From: Candidatus Latescibacterota bacterium
GTDB lineage: Bacteria > Latescibacterota > UBA2968 > GCA-2709665
Assembly (NCBI GenBank): GCA_965219455.1
Contig: OZ244744.1
Location: 3,712,001-3,776,000, forward strand
DNA: 64,000 bases
Reading direction: 5' to 3'
Within the stretch, counting starts at the first letter, position 1. Every line of letters begins with the position of its first letter. The position numbers and the translations under genes were made by a program. Of the stretch, positions 49,183 through 59,246 are shown in pieces. Under the pieces are notes generated by a model, which saw only the letters and a program-made list of their open reading frames with translations, ran no database searches and was not told where the DNA came from.

Positions 49183-50829
49183 TTGAAAGGACGGGGCTGG
49201 CCGTGCGCCGGTTTTTTTTATTGCGGGGTCGTTTTGCGGGACCACCGTTCGATCGGCTGGATCTGCACGGGTTGTATTGTGTTCGGTTCGTTCGCCGTTC
49301 TGCTTCTCCTGCTATCTTCCGGTGTGTCATTGCTCGACGACGACTGGGGTCACCTCCGTTTGTGCGCGGAGGGTATTCAAACCATTCTAAACACCAGTTG
49401 GACAGGGCTCGCGGGTGCCGGGGGATATTATCGTCCGGTTGTCACCCTGACGCTCTACGCGACCTTTCTGTTCGTGGAATACGATCCCGTGTTCCATCAC
49501 GTTGGCAACGTGTTGATTCACTGTTTTTGCGGCATTCTGGTATGTTTACTGGCGCGGCGGCTGCTGGCCGGGTCATTGGCCGCCTGGACGGCGCTCCTTC
49601 TTTTTCATGTGCTGCCCGTCCACACGGATACCATATTCTGGATCGTCGGCCGTACGGATTCCGCCTGTACGTTGTTCTACCTGTCTGCATTGCTCTTCTT
49701 TCTGGTCTACCAGGATCGCCCGTCTCCGGGTTTGCTGGCCGGTGGAAGCCTTTGCTTCTTGCTGGCGCTTTTTTCGAAAGAGATGGCGCTGTCTCTGCCG
49801 GGCGTGCTCCTGATCCTCTTATTGCATGGCGGGACATTCCGCTCTGCGGCGGCGCGGCGGGCCCTGGCGTGCTGTGTCGCCACCGTGGGAGTCTACCTGT
49901 GCGTCCGTTGGATCGTATTGGGCGGGGTATTAACGGGGATTCCGGATCGGGACCTCACGGCGACGGGGCTCGGCCTGGACGTTCTCAAGTCCGGGGCGAA
50001 GATGGGGATGACCGATTACCGGTTTTTCGGCGCCGTTCTGCTGGTGGCGACCGCCGGCGTGTTCTGGTTGTCGGGCCGGCCGCGCGAGGTGCTGCGGGAC
50101 ACGTTGTATCTGGGTGGAATGACCGTGGTCAGCCTGGTGCCCGTTCTCGGAAGGGTTCACCGGTGGTACCTCTATCTGCCTTCCGTATTCTTCTGCGTTG
50201 CGGTTGCGAATGTCTGGGCGACCTGGCAGCCGGATCGACGGGTGGTCCTGTGGTGCAGAAACCTCCTGCTGGCAATGCTGATCGGCTATTATGGCGTGGT
50301 GCTTGCCCGTGAGGGATTGTTCTGGCGGGAGGCTTCGGTCCTGAGCGAAAACGTCCTGGATTCGGTGGCGCCGCTTACGAAAGAAAGCAGCGGAACGGTT
50401 TACGTGTTGAACGTGCCTTCTGCCCTGAGCCCCGCGGGCAGCCTCGGAGAAATACCACTGTTCGCATATGGGCTGAGCAGTGCGTTGGCGGTCCGAGCCG
50501 GGGTTGAAACGTCGGCAGTTGCCGTGAATCACTGCTGGCTTACGGAGCCCGACGGTTTTGAGAGCGACGTGAATCGGCTGGGTCCGATGCACTGGCGGAT
50601 CGACATAAAAAATGGCGGTTTTTTTTCCGTGCATCGGCAGGTTGATGCCAGGACGTTTTATGCGCCGGACGGAAAGCGGTTACTTCCCGGAACCATGAAG
50701 AGGAAGTGGGGCGAAGCGCGGATTCACGGTCCCAGACAGGCTGAGGTTGTACTCGAGCCGGTGCGTGGAAGCCGCGTGGTGATTTTCAACAGGGGCGGAA
50801 TCAGGGAATTGAACCTCGAAAACGAGTAG
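49183..50829 (+). CDS. polytopic GT-C-like membrane protein (TMTC/PMT-like)
   Basis: DDD..YYRP, HVGNVLIH, PVHTD..WIVGR, SKE and RWYLYLPS motifs; start uncertain. Confidence 0.72.
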   Translation: MKGRGWPCAGFFYCGVVLRDHRSIGWICTGCIVFGSFAVLLLLLSSGVSLLDDDWGHLRLCAEGIQTILNTSWTGLAGAGGYYRPVVTLTLYATFLFVEYDPVFHHVGNVLIHCFCGILVCLLARRLLAGSLAAWTALLLFHVLPVHTDTIFWIVGRTDSACTLFYLSALLFFLVYQDRPSPGLLAGGSLCFLLALFSKEMALSLPGVLLILLLHGGTFRSAAARRALACCVATVGVYLCVRWIVLGGVLTGIPDRDLTATGLGLDVLKSGAKMGMTDYRFFGAVLLVATAGVFWLSGRPREVLRDTLYLGGMTVVSLVPVLGRVHRWYLYLPSVFFCVAVANVWATWQPDRRVVLWCRNLLLAMLIGYYGVVLAREGLFWREASVLSENVLDSVAPLTKESSGTVYVLNVPSALSPAGSLGEIPLFAYGLSSALAVRAGVETSAVAVNHCWLTEPDGFESDVNRLGPMHWRIDIKNGGFFSVHRQVDARTFYAPDGKRLLPGTMKRKWGEARIHGPRQAEVVLEPVRGSRVVIFNRGGIRELNLENE

Positions 50830-50840
50830 GAGTCGGGTAT

Positions 50841-53800
50841 ATGGTCGTGCGTTTTACGCAGGTCATTGCAGTTTGTGCTCTGATGCTGATGATCCCGGTA
50901 GGGGCGCCAGAAGCTTCCGGTGGTGAGCCGCGACTCGTGTGGGCGGGAGAGGATGGCGTCGAGATTGAGGTCGACGGATCGGACTATCAGCGACGTACGG
51001 TTAATCTTGAGGGTGTAGCCTACACTCAGATTCTGTTACCTGGAGGCATGGGGTTGCCCGAACCCGGCCGCCCTGCCGTGCCGGTGCGAGGTGCGCTCCT
51101 GGGCGTGCCTTACGGAACGCGGGTGGCGGTTACCGTGGTGGAGGCAGACTACGACGAGATTTCCGGGGTGCTGCTGCTGCCGGTGCCGCGGTCCCGGCCG
51201 GTGGGACGGGGCGCATACCCGAGGGAGGTGGAGGCCTACGAGCCGGATGCGGATTTTTACGCCTACGACGGACTGTATCCTGCGCAACAGGCCGAGGTGA
51301 CGGGGACCGGCGTTATGCGGGATCAGCGGGTGGCCGGAATATCTTTGAGGCCCATCCAGTACAATCCGGCTCTGCAGCAGTTGCGCATTGCGCGCAGGCT
51401 GCGGGTGCGCGTGCGGTTTGTGCGCGACGAGCCGTCCATCAGGGTCCGGTCGACGGATGAGGGCACGGGCGGTGGATTCGAGGACCTCTACCGAACCGCG
51501 TTGTTGAATGCGGAACAGGCGCGGGCATGGCGGGGCCGGGCTGAATTGCCCGGCGACCGTGCGTTGCGGAAGATTCAGATTGCTGAGGGTCTGGATCCGG
51601 CGGCCGATTACTACAAGATCCGGATACGGGAGGACGGCCTGTATCGGCTTGACGCGAGGTGGTTTGCCGATGCGGGCATTGCCCTTCAGGCGGGCGATCT
51701 GGAGCGTTTGAAGGTCTTCCTGAACGGTCAGGAGGTGCCCGTCGACGTGCAGGACAACGGAGATGGCGTGTTGGACGAGGGCGAGGGTGCGATTTTCTAT
51801 GGCGAGTATAGACGCGCGCCGGATCGGGATTTCGAGAACGAACTGGGACGGGAACAGGTTTACTGGCTCTCACTGGACGGCAGACCCGGTCGGCGATTTG
51901 AGGGGGTGGACGGTTCGCCGCGGAACGGATACCCACCGGTCATTCGGTTCACGCACAGGGCGCACGCCGAAGTCGATTCACTTTACGATCCGCTTGGAGA
52001 CGCGCCTGACGCAATTAGGGACCACTGGTACTGGGGGCGAACCGGGTCGCCGGGCAGGCCGGGTACTGTTCTTCAGGGTTTGCGCGGCTATTCGGTGACC
52101 GTTCCCGTTCCCCTGCCCGGCCTGGACAACGCCGCGGCGACAGCGGCGTATATTCGCGTGGGTATGCACGCGCTGACCTTCAGACGCCTGTTCGAACCCG
52201 ACCACCGCACGGTTGTGCGGCTGTCCAACGGTACGGTTGTCGCGGACGACCGGTGGGATGGAAAGCGTGCGTTCATCGCCGAAGGGACAGTGCCCCTGTC
52301 GGAACTGGGCGATACGAGCCGGGTGACCCTTGCGACGCCGGGCGCGCCGGATTTCCCTGCTGACTATGTCGAGCACGTGTTGCTCAACTGGGTGGAAATC
52401 GCTTATCCCCGGCGGTTTGAATGCGTGGAAGGCAAGCTGAAATTCGAGCCGGATGAAACCGACGACGGTCGGAGCTTCTCGATCACGGGTTTTCGCACGG
52501 ACGACGTGTTCATCTACGACGTCGACGGTGGCCGGAAGTTCCAGCACGTTCAGATGACGCCGGGGGATTCGGGATTTCAAGCCCGATTCGAAGTGTCGTC
52601 CGTTGTCGGGCGTTATGTCGCGATGGATTCCGAAGCCATCCGGAGGACGCCCGCGGGTGAGACGGCCGAGGTACCCGAGTTCGGGCAGGAGGGGGCCGAC
52701 TATGTGATTGTCGTGCATCCGGGGTTTCGCGAAGCGGCGGAGCGCCTGGCGGAACACCGGCGTGGGCAGGGGCTGCGGGTACAGGTCGTGGATGTCATCG
52801 GGATCTACGACGCGTTCTCTTTCGGGCAGTTCGAGCCGCAAGCGATCCGCCGATTCACACGATATGCGTTCGAAAACTGGGCGCGGCGACCGACCTATCT
52901 TCTGTTGTTCGGGCGGGACAGCTTCGACTACCGGGACCACTTCGATCAGGCCGATTTGGGGCGGCGCGCCGATGTGCCCGCGCTTCCCTTCCAATCTGTA
53001 GTAAGGGGACTGGCGTATACGGACCATTTTTACGGGGCCGTGGCCGGTCCGGACGAGGATCTGTTTCAGGATATTTTCGTGGGACGGATATCGGTGGTCA
53101 GCCGCCGTGAGGCCGCCGCAGTGGTCCGGAAGATCGTGTCATACGACCAGGCCCCCCGTGCGCGATGGCGGGACCGTGTGCTGTTTATGGCCAACTACGA
53201 TCCGTTTTCGATCTTTACGACCCCCAGCGACCGGCTGTTAACGAACTATACCGAGCCGCTGGGGCTCGAATCGTTCCGGGTCTACAACGATAGGGATATC
53301 GGGGTTGAACCCAACGAGGATACGGGCGAGGTGATCCGGCAGATCAACGAGGGTCGGCTGCTGGTGAATTTCCTCGGACACGGAAGCGTTTCAAGCATGG
53401 CCGGTTTCTTGAGGGGGACATATCAACAGCGCAACTATCACTATATGGGTCAGATCGTCAATGCGGACCGATTGCCGATTGTGGTGGCTTTGTCCTGCCT
53501 CAACGGGCAATTCTCGGATCCGAGGTTCGCGTGCCTTGCGGAGGAAATGACCAAGAAGCCGGATGGCGGCGCGATCGCGTATATATCGGCTTCAACGCTC
53601 GCGGCCGTTATAATCAACGATTTCCTTAACGACCGTTTGTTTGCCGCGTTCTTCAGAGACGGCGTCCGCAAATTTGGCGCCGGTCTGGCCGTGGCCAAGG
53701 CGGCGCTGGATACGCGGTTCCCCGATCTGGAAACGCTTACCCTTGGCATGCAGTTGATTGGAGACCCCGCCCAGGAGTTGGCCATATTGCCCAACCCGGA

Positions 53801-56606
53801 TTTCTCCCTGGACTCGGGAAGCTTGAAAGTCGAGCGCACCGGTCAGCTGACCGTCGAAGATTCGGTGCGGATCGCGATCCGGATCGAGAATATCGGGATC
53901 ACACCTCGTGTGGGCCCCTCGGTTGTTCTGGTGGATCGGAATCTGGATCGAGGCGGCGCAGATACACTGTTTACGGGCGTTTTCCCCGCCTTTGGACAGT
54001 CGGACAGCACCGCGGTGATGTGGCGGTTGGCGGGCAGGGCAGGCAGGCACCTGCTGGCGCTCACGGTGGATCCCGACGATGAGATACCGGAGTTGGACGA
54101 AGCCAACAACCACGTGGAGATCGAGTTGGACGTGGTCGGGAGTCTGTCGGCCGCGCCCTCGATGCCACGGCAGAGCCAGGTGGTGCCCGCTTCGAGTGTT
54201 CGGTTGGCGGTGCGCCCGGGCACCGGCGCCCAGGAAGTGCAGGGCGAGTTTGAGGTGAGTGGTTCGCCCTCGTTTGCCGGGCCGGGTGTGATCCGTTCCG
54301 GACCCATCGCGGGGCGCGCCGGGCTCGTGTTGTGGAAGCTGGCGGAGTTGGCGCCCGGAACGTACTTCTGGCGGTCGCGATTGCGAGATGGTGAGGAGTT
54401 CGGGGTGTGGTCAACCACCATGGAATTCACGGCGCGGTCCACCGCGCCTGCGCGCGAGGTCCTGTGGCACCAGGGCGCCGTCAACGCACTCCGATGGGGT
54501 GCCGCCACGGACGTGCGCCTGGCTGACGGCGCGATTTCGCGGGTCGTCGATCCGCCGCCGCTGCGAATAAACGAGGACACGCGGGAAGAGGCGTTTGAGG
54601 CCGAGGGCGTCCGTGGCACGGGCGTGTTGTGTACGGATGGTACCTACCTCTATGTCAGCCGGTTCTATTCCCCACCTGCGGTTTACCCGGGGACCGATGT
54701 ATTCGAGCGAATCGGGACTGGGCTTGGGGGCACAAGGACGGGACAGAATCACGGCGCGCTTTCGGAGACCCCCGTTCCTGGTGTTTCGGCAACCTATCAC
54801 GGCGATGGGTTTATATACGCAGATGATGGGCGAGGACGCGACCTGGTGCGGATTGCGCCCGCAACGGGGGTTGTGGATCGCGTTCGGGTGCCGGACGGGC
54901 TGATGGAGTTCCGTACCGGGTTTGTATTCGACGGCCACTCGCTGTTAACGTCGGATGGCACCTACATTTACAATTTGGCGGCGGCGGTGGATGGCGTACA
55001 GCGCGCGGGTTGGTCCGTTCGTGTGTTCGATCCGTCGGACGGATGGCGCGTGGTACGCGAGTTTACCGTGGCGCCGACGGCGTCCGGTTTCGCCTATCTC
55101 TTTACCGATGGCGTGATTGCGGACGGAAGGTATCTCTATCTGATTGAATTCGGTACCGGGTTAACCCATCGGGTTCGGGTCGCGGACGCCCTGACTGGGG
55201 AATTTGTCGAAGAATATGAAAGCGATCAATCCGAGACCGGTATTTTGACCGGCCAGTACGATTGGATCAATAACAAAGTCTGGCTGGGTCAACTCAACGG
55301 CCCTATGATCTACCGGTACGCGGGGAAAACGCTGCCGCCGTATGGGACTTTGACGACGGAGCCGATCGGTCCGGCCGGCGCCTGGCACGGCCTGACGCTC
55401 GACGTTCAAGAGGCGAACGGCGGGCGCGCGGAAGTGGATATTCTCGGTGCGGCTCCGTCCGGCGGGTTTTCGCCGCTCGCGGAATGGACCGGTCTGGCGC
55501 CCGACGGTGAGATCGACCTCAGCGACTTGAAGGCAGATCGTATCCGGATTCGGGTTCGTTTGGCCGGAGACGAACTGGGACCGTCCGCCGGATTGGCGGG
55601 TTGGCAGGTGCGGTACCGGCCCCAGTCCGATCTTGTCCTCTCCGGTCTGCGGGCGTCCCCCCTTGAAGTTGATGAACTGGAACCCGTGCGGCTGACGGTT
55701 CAGGTCCGGAACATGGGACCTCTGGATCTGGTTCCTGGCGCTGTCGTGGCATTTTACAGCGGTGCGCCGGAAGACGGCCGCCTGATCGGACGTGCGTCAG
55801 TTCCCGAAGGGACCCCTGTCGGTGAAACGGCGTCGGTGTCCCTCGTCTGGAATACCGCAAGATTTTCCGGGACGAATGTTGTTACGGCCCGGCTGGAGGA
55901 TCTCTCGGGAAATCGGAGCTTTTACGTGAGAGAGACGACCGCCGACGAGGCCGTTGAGATCCATCCAAGCGATGATCAGGTGGGGCCTGAGCTGGAACTT
56001 GTCGCTCTGGACGCCGCGGGCGAGGTCCGGGCGGATGACTTTCTGCCATCCGCGCCGAAGTTCTCCGTGGTGTTTCGAGATTCGAGCGGTATCGACGGCG
56101 GATCGGTGCGGCTCGTCCTGACGGGGTCCGAAGATGATATCTCCGATGAACTGTCCTCGGATCGGGTGGCGGATCGGGAAGAGGACCGGACGTCTTTGCG
56201 ATTCACCTGGTCTCCGCGGCTGGAAGACGGACGCTATAGACTCTCGGTTTCAGGGACCGACCAGCTGGGCAACGGCCCCGCACAAAAGTCCGTGGCATTT
56301 AAGGTTTCGTCGGACCTCGCGATCGAGCGGGTGCTGAACGTTCCCAATCCGACCCCCGAGGCGACGGACTTTACGTACATTCTGTCCCGCCCGGCGGAAG
56401 TGATCATTCGCATTTATACCGTTTCGGGGCGACTGATACGGATCCTCGAAGGCGTGCCGGGCCGGGCCGGTTACAATCAGGTTCGATGGGACGGCCGGGA
56501 TGCCGACGGGCATCTGCTGGCCAATGGTGTTTATCTCTATACAGTTACTGCGGACGACGGGCAGAAACGCGTGCGGGAGAAGGAGCGGTTGATCGTGTAC
56601 CGATGA
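50841..56606 (+). CDS. C25 family cysteine peptidase (gingipain/PorU-like) with propeptide, CARDB domains and T9SS-type/FlgD C-terminal domain
   Basis: Signal peptide; PIQYNP propeptide; NFLGHG and ALSCLNG His/Cys dyad; VDPDDEIPELDEANN; PNP..IRIYTVSGR..WDGRD..NGVYLY tail. Confidence 0.9.
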   Translation: MVVRFTQVIAVCALMLMIPVGAPEASGGEPRLVWAGEDGVEIEVDGSDYQRRTVNLEGVAYTQILLPGGMGLPEPGRPAVPVRGALLGVPYGTRVAVTVVEADYDEISGVLLLPVPRSRPVGRGAYPREVEAYEPDADFYAYDGLYPAQQAEVTGTGVMRDQRVAGISLRPIQYNPALQQLRIARRLRVRVRFVRDEPSIRVRSTDEGTGGGFEDLYRTALLNAEQARAWRGRAELPGDRALRKIQIAEGLDPAADYYKIRIREDGLYRLDARWFADAGIALQAGDLERLKVFLNGQEVPVDVQDNGDGVLDEGEGAIFYGEYRRAPDRDFENELGREQVYWLSLDGRPGRRFEGVDGSPRNGYPPVIRFTHRAHAEVDSLYDPLGDAPDAIRDHWYWGRTGSPGRPGTVLQGLRGYSVTVPVPLPGLDNAAATAAYIRVGMHALTFRRLFEPDHRTVVRLSNGTVVADDRWDGKRAFIAEGTVPLSELGDTSRVTLATPGAPDFPADYVEHVLLNWVEIAYPRRFECVEGKLKFEPDETDDGRSFSITGFRTDDVFIYDVDGGRKFQHVQMTPGDSGFQARFEVSSVVGRYVAMDSEAIRRTPAGETAEVPEFGQEGADYVIVVHPGFREAAERLAEHRRGQGLRVQVVDVIGIYDAFSFGQFEPQAIRRFTRYAFENWARRPTYLLLFGRDSFDYRDHFDQADLGRRADVPALPFQSVVRGLAYTDHFYGAVAGPDEDLFQDIFVGRISVVSRREAAAVVRKIVSYDQAPRARWRDRVLFMANYDPFSIFTTPSDRLLTNYTEPLGLESFRVYNDRDIGVEPNEDTGEVIRQINEGRLLVNFLGHGSVSSMAGFLRGTYQQRNYHYMGQIVNADRLPIVVALSCLNGQFSDPRFACLAEEMTKKPDGGAIAYISASTLAAVIINDFLNDRLFAAFFRDGVRKFGAGLAVAKAALDTRFPDLETLTLGMQLIGDPAQELAILPNPDFSLDSGSLKVERTGQLTVEDSVRIAIRIENIGITPRVGPSVVLVDRNLDRGGADTLFTGVFPAFGQSDSTAVMWRLAGRAGRHLLALTVDPDDEIPELDEANNHVEIELDVVGSLSAAPSMPRQSQVVPASSVRLAVRPGTGAQEVQGEFEVSGSPSFAGPGVIRSGPIAGRAGLVLWKLAELAPGTYFWRSRLRDGEEFGVWSTTMEFTARSTAPAREVLWHQGAVNALRWGAATDVRLADGAISRVVDPPPLRINEDTREEAFEAEGVRGTGVLCTDGTYLYVSRFYSPPAVYPGTDVFERIGTGLGGTRTGQNHGALSETPVPGVSATYHGDGFIYADDGRGRDLVRIAPATGVVDRVRVPDGLMEFRTGFVFDGHSLLTSDGTYIYNLAAAVDGVQRAGWSVRVFDPSDGWRVVREFTVAPTASGFAYLFTDGVIADGRYLYLIEFGTGLTHRVRVADALTGEFVEEYESDQSETGILTGQYDWINNKVWLGQLNGPMIYRYAGKTLPPYGTLTTEPIGPAGAWHGLTLDVQEANGGRAEVDILGAAPSGGFSPLAEWTGLAPDGEIDLSDLKADRIRIRVRLAGDELGPSAGLAGWQVRYRPQSDLVLSGLRASPLEVDELEPVRLTVQVRNMGPLDLVPGAVVAFYSGAPEDGRLIGRASVPEGTPVGETASVSLVWNTARFSGTNVVTARLEDLSGNRSFYVRETTADEAVEIHPSDDQVGPELELVALDAAGEVRADDFLPSAPKFSVVFRDSSGIDGGSVRLVLTGSEDDISDELSSDRVADREEDRTSLRFTWSPRLEDGRYRLSVSGTDQLGNGPAQKSVAFKVSSDLAIERVLNVPNPTPEATDFTYILSRPAEVIIRIYTVSGRLIRILEGVPGRAGYNQVRWDGRDADGHLLANGVYLYTVTADDGQKRVREKERLIVYR

Positions 56607-57115
56607 GACAGAACCACCAGTCGGTTGACTAATCGCGTTCGCGGGTGTTGGCGATCCGGTTAGTTCAGAGTACATAGGCGCTTCACGGGGCGCCTGTTGC
56701 ATTTGGGACCCATTTTGTGCAATTAATGTTTCGGACGGTTAATGATTGTTTCTCGACTGATCGAAATTTATAAGTTTCGATAATTTAAACACTTATCGCT
56801 CAGCCCAATTTTTTTTTGGAACTTTACGCGAGGTAAGAGCGTGGGAAGCCCAACAGTCGACAGAGATCATTGATGACCCGGGTTGGCTGACGCGCCTCGC
56901 AGCGCCCTGCCTCAAGAGGTCGTCGACACTGACTCATTTCGAATTGTTCCAAGAGGAGATCGTCCATAGCAATAACGCGAACTGATTTTAAGTGGTGTAA
57001 AAACAATCAATAATATAAATTGGACGTCGAATTCCAAGGTTTTCGGGACGAATCCTTGCGAACGACACGACATCGGCAGTCACCCCAATTTACTGAACTG
57101 TTCGCACAATTGACT

Positions 57116-57394
57116 ATGGCATTTTCTCACAAATTCCGTTCCCTCGCGCCTGCCGCCACCAGTGTTTCAGGCCTGATGTTCACGATATCTTTGCGGTCGG
57201 ACTCTCCGCAGATAGATCATCTCTCTTCCCCTCCGAGTAATTCCGCAGGCGATAAAGCCACATCCTTTCGACTCGTACTTTCCAAACTCCGTTTCGCCAC
57301 AGAAATTCGAGGCATGCATCGCAACGGCCTGCTCCAGGACACTCTGGTCCGGCGAAATCCCAGGGTACGTGAGTCGCATGTCCGTCTGCCGTAA
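57116..57394 (+). CDS. candidate small protein (92 aa), paralog of 58054-58314
   Basis: Both begin MAFS and are colinear without gaps; may instead be conserved non-coding DNA. Confidence 0.3.
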   Translation: MAFSHKFRSLAPAATSVSGLMFTISLRSDSPQIDHLSSPPSNSAGDKATSFRLVLSKLRFATEIRGMHRNGLLQDTLVRRNPRVRESHVRLP

Positions 57395-57432
57395 ATACGG
57401 GCAACTCTGACTGTACAGGGGGATCTGACGAA

Positions 57433-57508
57433 GTGGGTAACCGCAGAATATCGATCGTGTAACGTTGACCCGGTTGTAACGTCGGAGTTCGGAGGATTCT
57501 TGAAAGAC
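57433..57508 (+). pseudogene. frameshifted 5' remnant of a third receiver-AraC regulator
   Basis: VGNRRISIV, then after +1 nt NVDPVVTSEFGGFLKD, matching MENRKILIVDRDPEVTSELAGFLKD; homology is lost afterwards. Confidence 0.8.
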
Positions 57509-58053
57509 ACTACCAAATATCGAATGATAATGAAGGTGGTGACAAATGTTGGAACGAACGGACAATTTTTCGGTCTGGACATCGTATTAAGACTTCGTCT
57601 CTTTGAATTAGTCAAGCTTCTTTCTGAACAGTAGAATGATGGGTGGCTGTGACAGATGCTGCCTCATCCCTTTCTGCGGACGTGCCGCACTCGATTGGTC
57701 GAAGAATATAAGTTTCAATCATTAAAACACTTATCGTTCGATCGGATGTTTTTGGAACTTTAGGCAGAGCAAGAGCGTGTGAAGCGCAATCGTCCGCAGG
57801 AATGGATTTTGACCGGGGTTGACTGACACGCCTTGCCGCGTCGTGCCTCACCAGGTCATCGGCACGAACGTATCTTGAATCCTTTTGGGAGGAAACCGCC
57901 GCAAACAAAAGTGTGAACAGTTTGTTGGTTGTATAAGCCAAATAGATAAGCAAATCGGCTTTCGGATCTATAAGTGATTGGCACCAATCCTTTCAGATTG
58001 CCTGGGACCGACAGGTAAACACGCAATCTGCAAAACTGTTCACAAGGTTTGCC

Positions 58054-58314
58054 ATGGCGTTTTCTCTCGAATCAAATCTCTTCGCGCTCGGCGTCGCCAG
58101 TGTGCCGGGCCCGGTGTTCTCAATTTCCTCCCGGTCGCTACTCTCGCAGATCGGTCGATTCTCCTCGGCTCCATGTAGTTCCGCAGCTGATCAAGCCACA
58201 TCCTCCCGACACGTATCTTCCAAACTCTGTTTCGCCAAAGAAATTCGAGGCATGCTTCGCAATGGTTTTCTCCGTGGCGCTCTAGTCCGGAGATACCCTT
58301 CGGCGTGTGCGTGA
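58054..58314 (+). CDS. candidate small protein (86 aa), paralog of 57116-57394
   Basis: Shared K(L)xFAxEIRGMxRNG..LVRR segment with the paralog; no clear SD. Confidence 0.3.
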   Translation: MAFSLESNLFALGVASVPGPVFSISSRSLLSQIGRFSSAPCSSAADQATSSRHVSSKLCFAKEIRGMLRNGFLRGALVRRYPSACA

Positions 58315-58371
58315 TATATCCGTGTGCCGTGAATGCGGGCTACTCTGGCTGTTCATGGGGGACCTGACGTT

Positions 58372-59070
58372 ATGGATAATCGTAAGATATTGATTGTAGA
58401 CAGTGAGCCGGTTAAGACTTCGGAACTCGTCGGATTCCTGCAAGACGAACCCTTTGAGATCGTTACGGCGGAAAACGGAAATAGAGGTCTCGAAATGTTG
58501 GGAGAGGGAGAGATCGACCTTGCCGTGGTCGAAGCGTGTGTGAAGGACGAGGATGGGGCAACATTGCTGGAGGGCGTGAAGGCAGAGAAAATCCGGATCG
58601 AAATGCTGCTCGTGACAAGCCTGGGTACGCTGGAGTCAGGCAAGACCCCGCACAAAGCCTATGCCATGGGCGCAGTTGATAAACCGATAGAAAGAGAGGC
58701 ATTCCTGGCGAATATAAGGAGAAAAATGCCGCTGCGAGACACGTGGAAGCATCGCATGGAGTCGTTTCTGGAAAACAACTACGATAATCCGGAGCTGAAA
58801 TTTGTGGATGTCCAGCGCCACTTCAGGTTCTCCAGGACCTATGGGTACCGGTTGTTCAAGAGACATCTGGGTGAGTCATTCGGCGTTCGGCTCCGCAACG
58901 TTCGTCTGGCAAAGGCGGAGGAAGCACTGAAGCACACCTCAGCTTCCATATCCGAAGTCGCTTACCAGTGCGGGTTCGTATCTTTGTCGACGTTCAGCAA
59001 GGTATTCAAGGCGAAATTCGGAATAAATCCCACCACGTATCGCAGAAATTGGAAACTGGGACAAATTTAG
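58372..59070 (+). CDS. receiver-domain + AraC HTH response regulator (atypical, Asp to Glu)
   Basis: KILIVD, DLAVVE, LLVTS and DKP; SISEVAYQCGF..FSKVFK..PTTYR. Confidence 0.9.
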   Translation: MDNRKILIVDSEPVKTSELVGFLQDEPFEIVTAENGNRGLEMLGEGEIDLAVVEACVKDEDGATLLEGVKAEKIRIEMLLVTSLGTLESGKTPHKAYAMGAVDKPIEREAFLANIRRKMPLRDTWKHRMESFLENNYDNPELKFVDVQRHFRFSRTYGYRLFKRHLGESFGVRLRNVRLAKAEEALKHTSASISEVAYQCGFVSLSTFSKVFKAKFGINPTTYRRNWKLGQI

Positions 59071-59093
59071 TACTCCAGAACAAACTTGCGTTC

Positions 59094-59123
59094 TTGACAT
59101 CGTATTTCCGTCACAGATATTCT
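59094..59123 (+). promoter_or_regulatory. candidate promoter of the second regulator
   Basis: TTGACA-18 nt-TATTCT; a similar arrangement (19-nt spacer) follows the next gene at 59969-59999. Confidence 0.45.
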
Positions 59124-59246
59124 TAGTGTGCACCGCAATGACCCGCTCCGGAGCGCCATAGTCCGGAGATTCCCCAGGGCTTGTGCGTGGAATTTTCGTA
59201 TGGCGTAAAGACGGGCAACTCTGATCGGTGAGGGGGATCTAACGTA

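Noticed and set aside
6991-53027. Many long antisense or alternate-frame ORFs (e.g. 6991-8085, 17539-18483, 31453-32439, 49143-50312, 51978-53027)
   Set aside because: They are shadows of well-supported genes in GC-rich DNA and show no recognisable motifs.
59136-59246. Conserved regulator leader as a c-di-GMP or other known riboswitch
   Set aside because: Only a short CTCCGGACTA resemblance, on the wrong strand and without the GNRA/receptor architecture; an Rfam scan would be needed.
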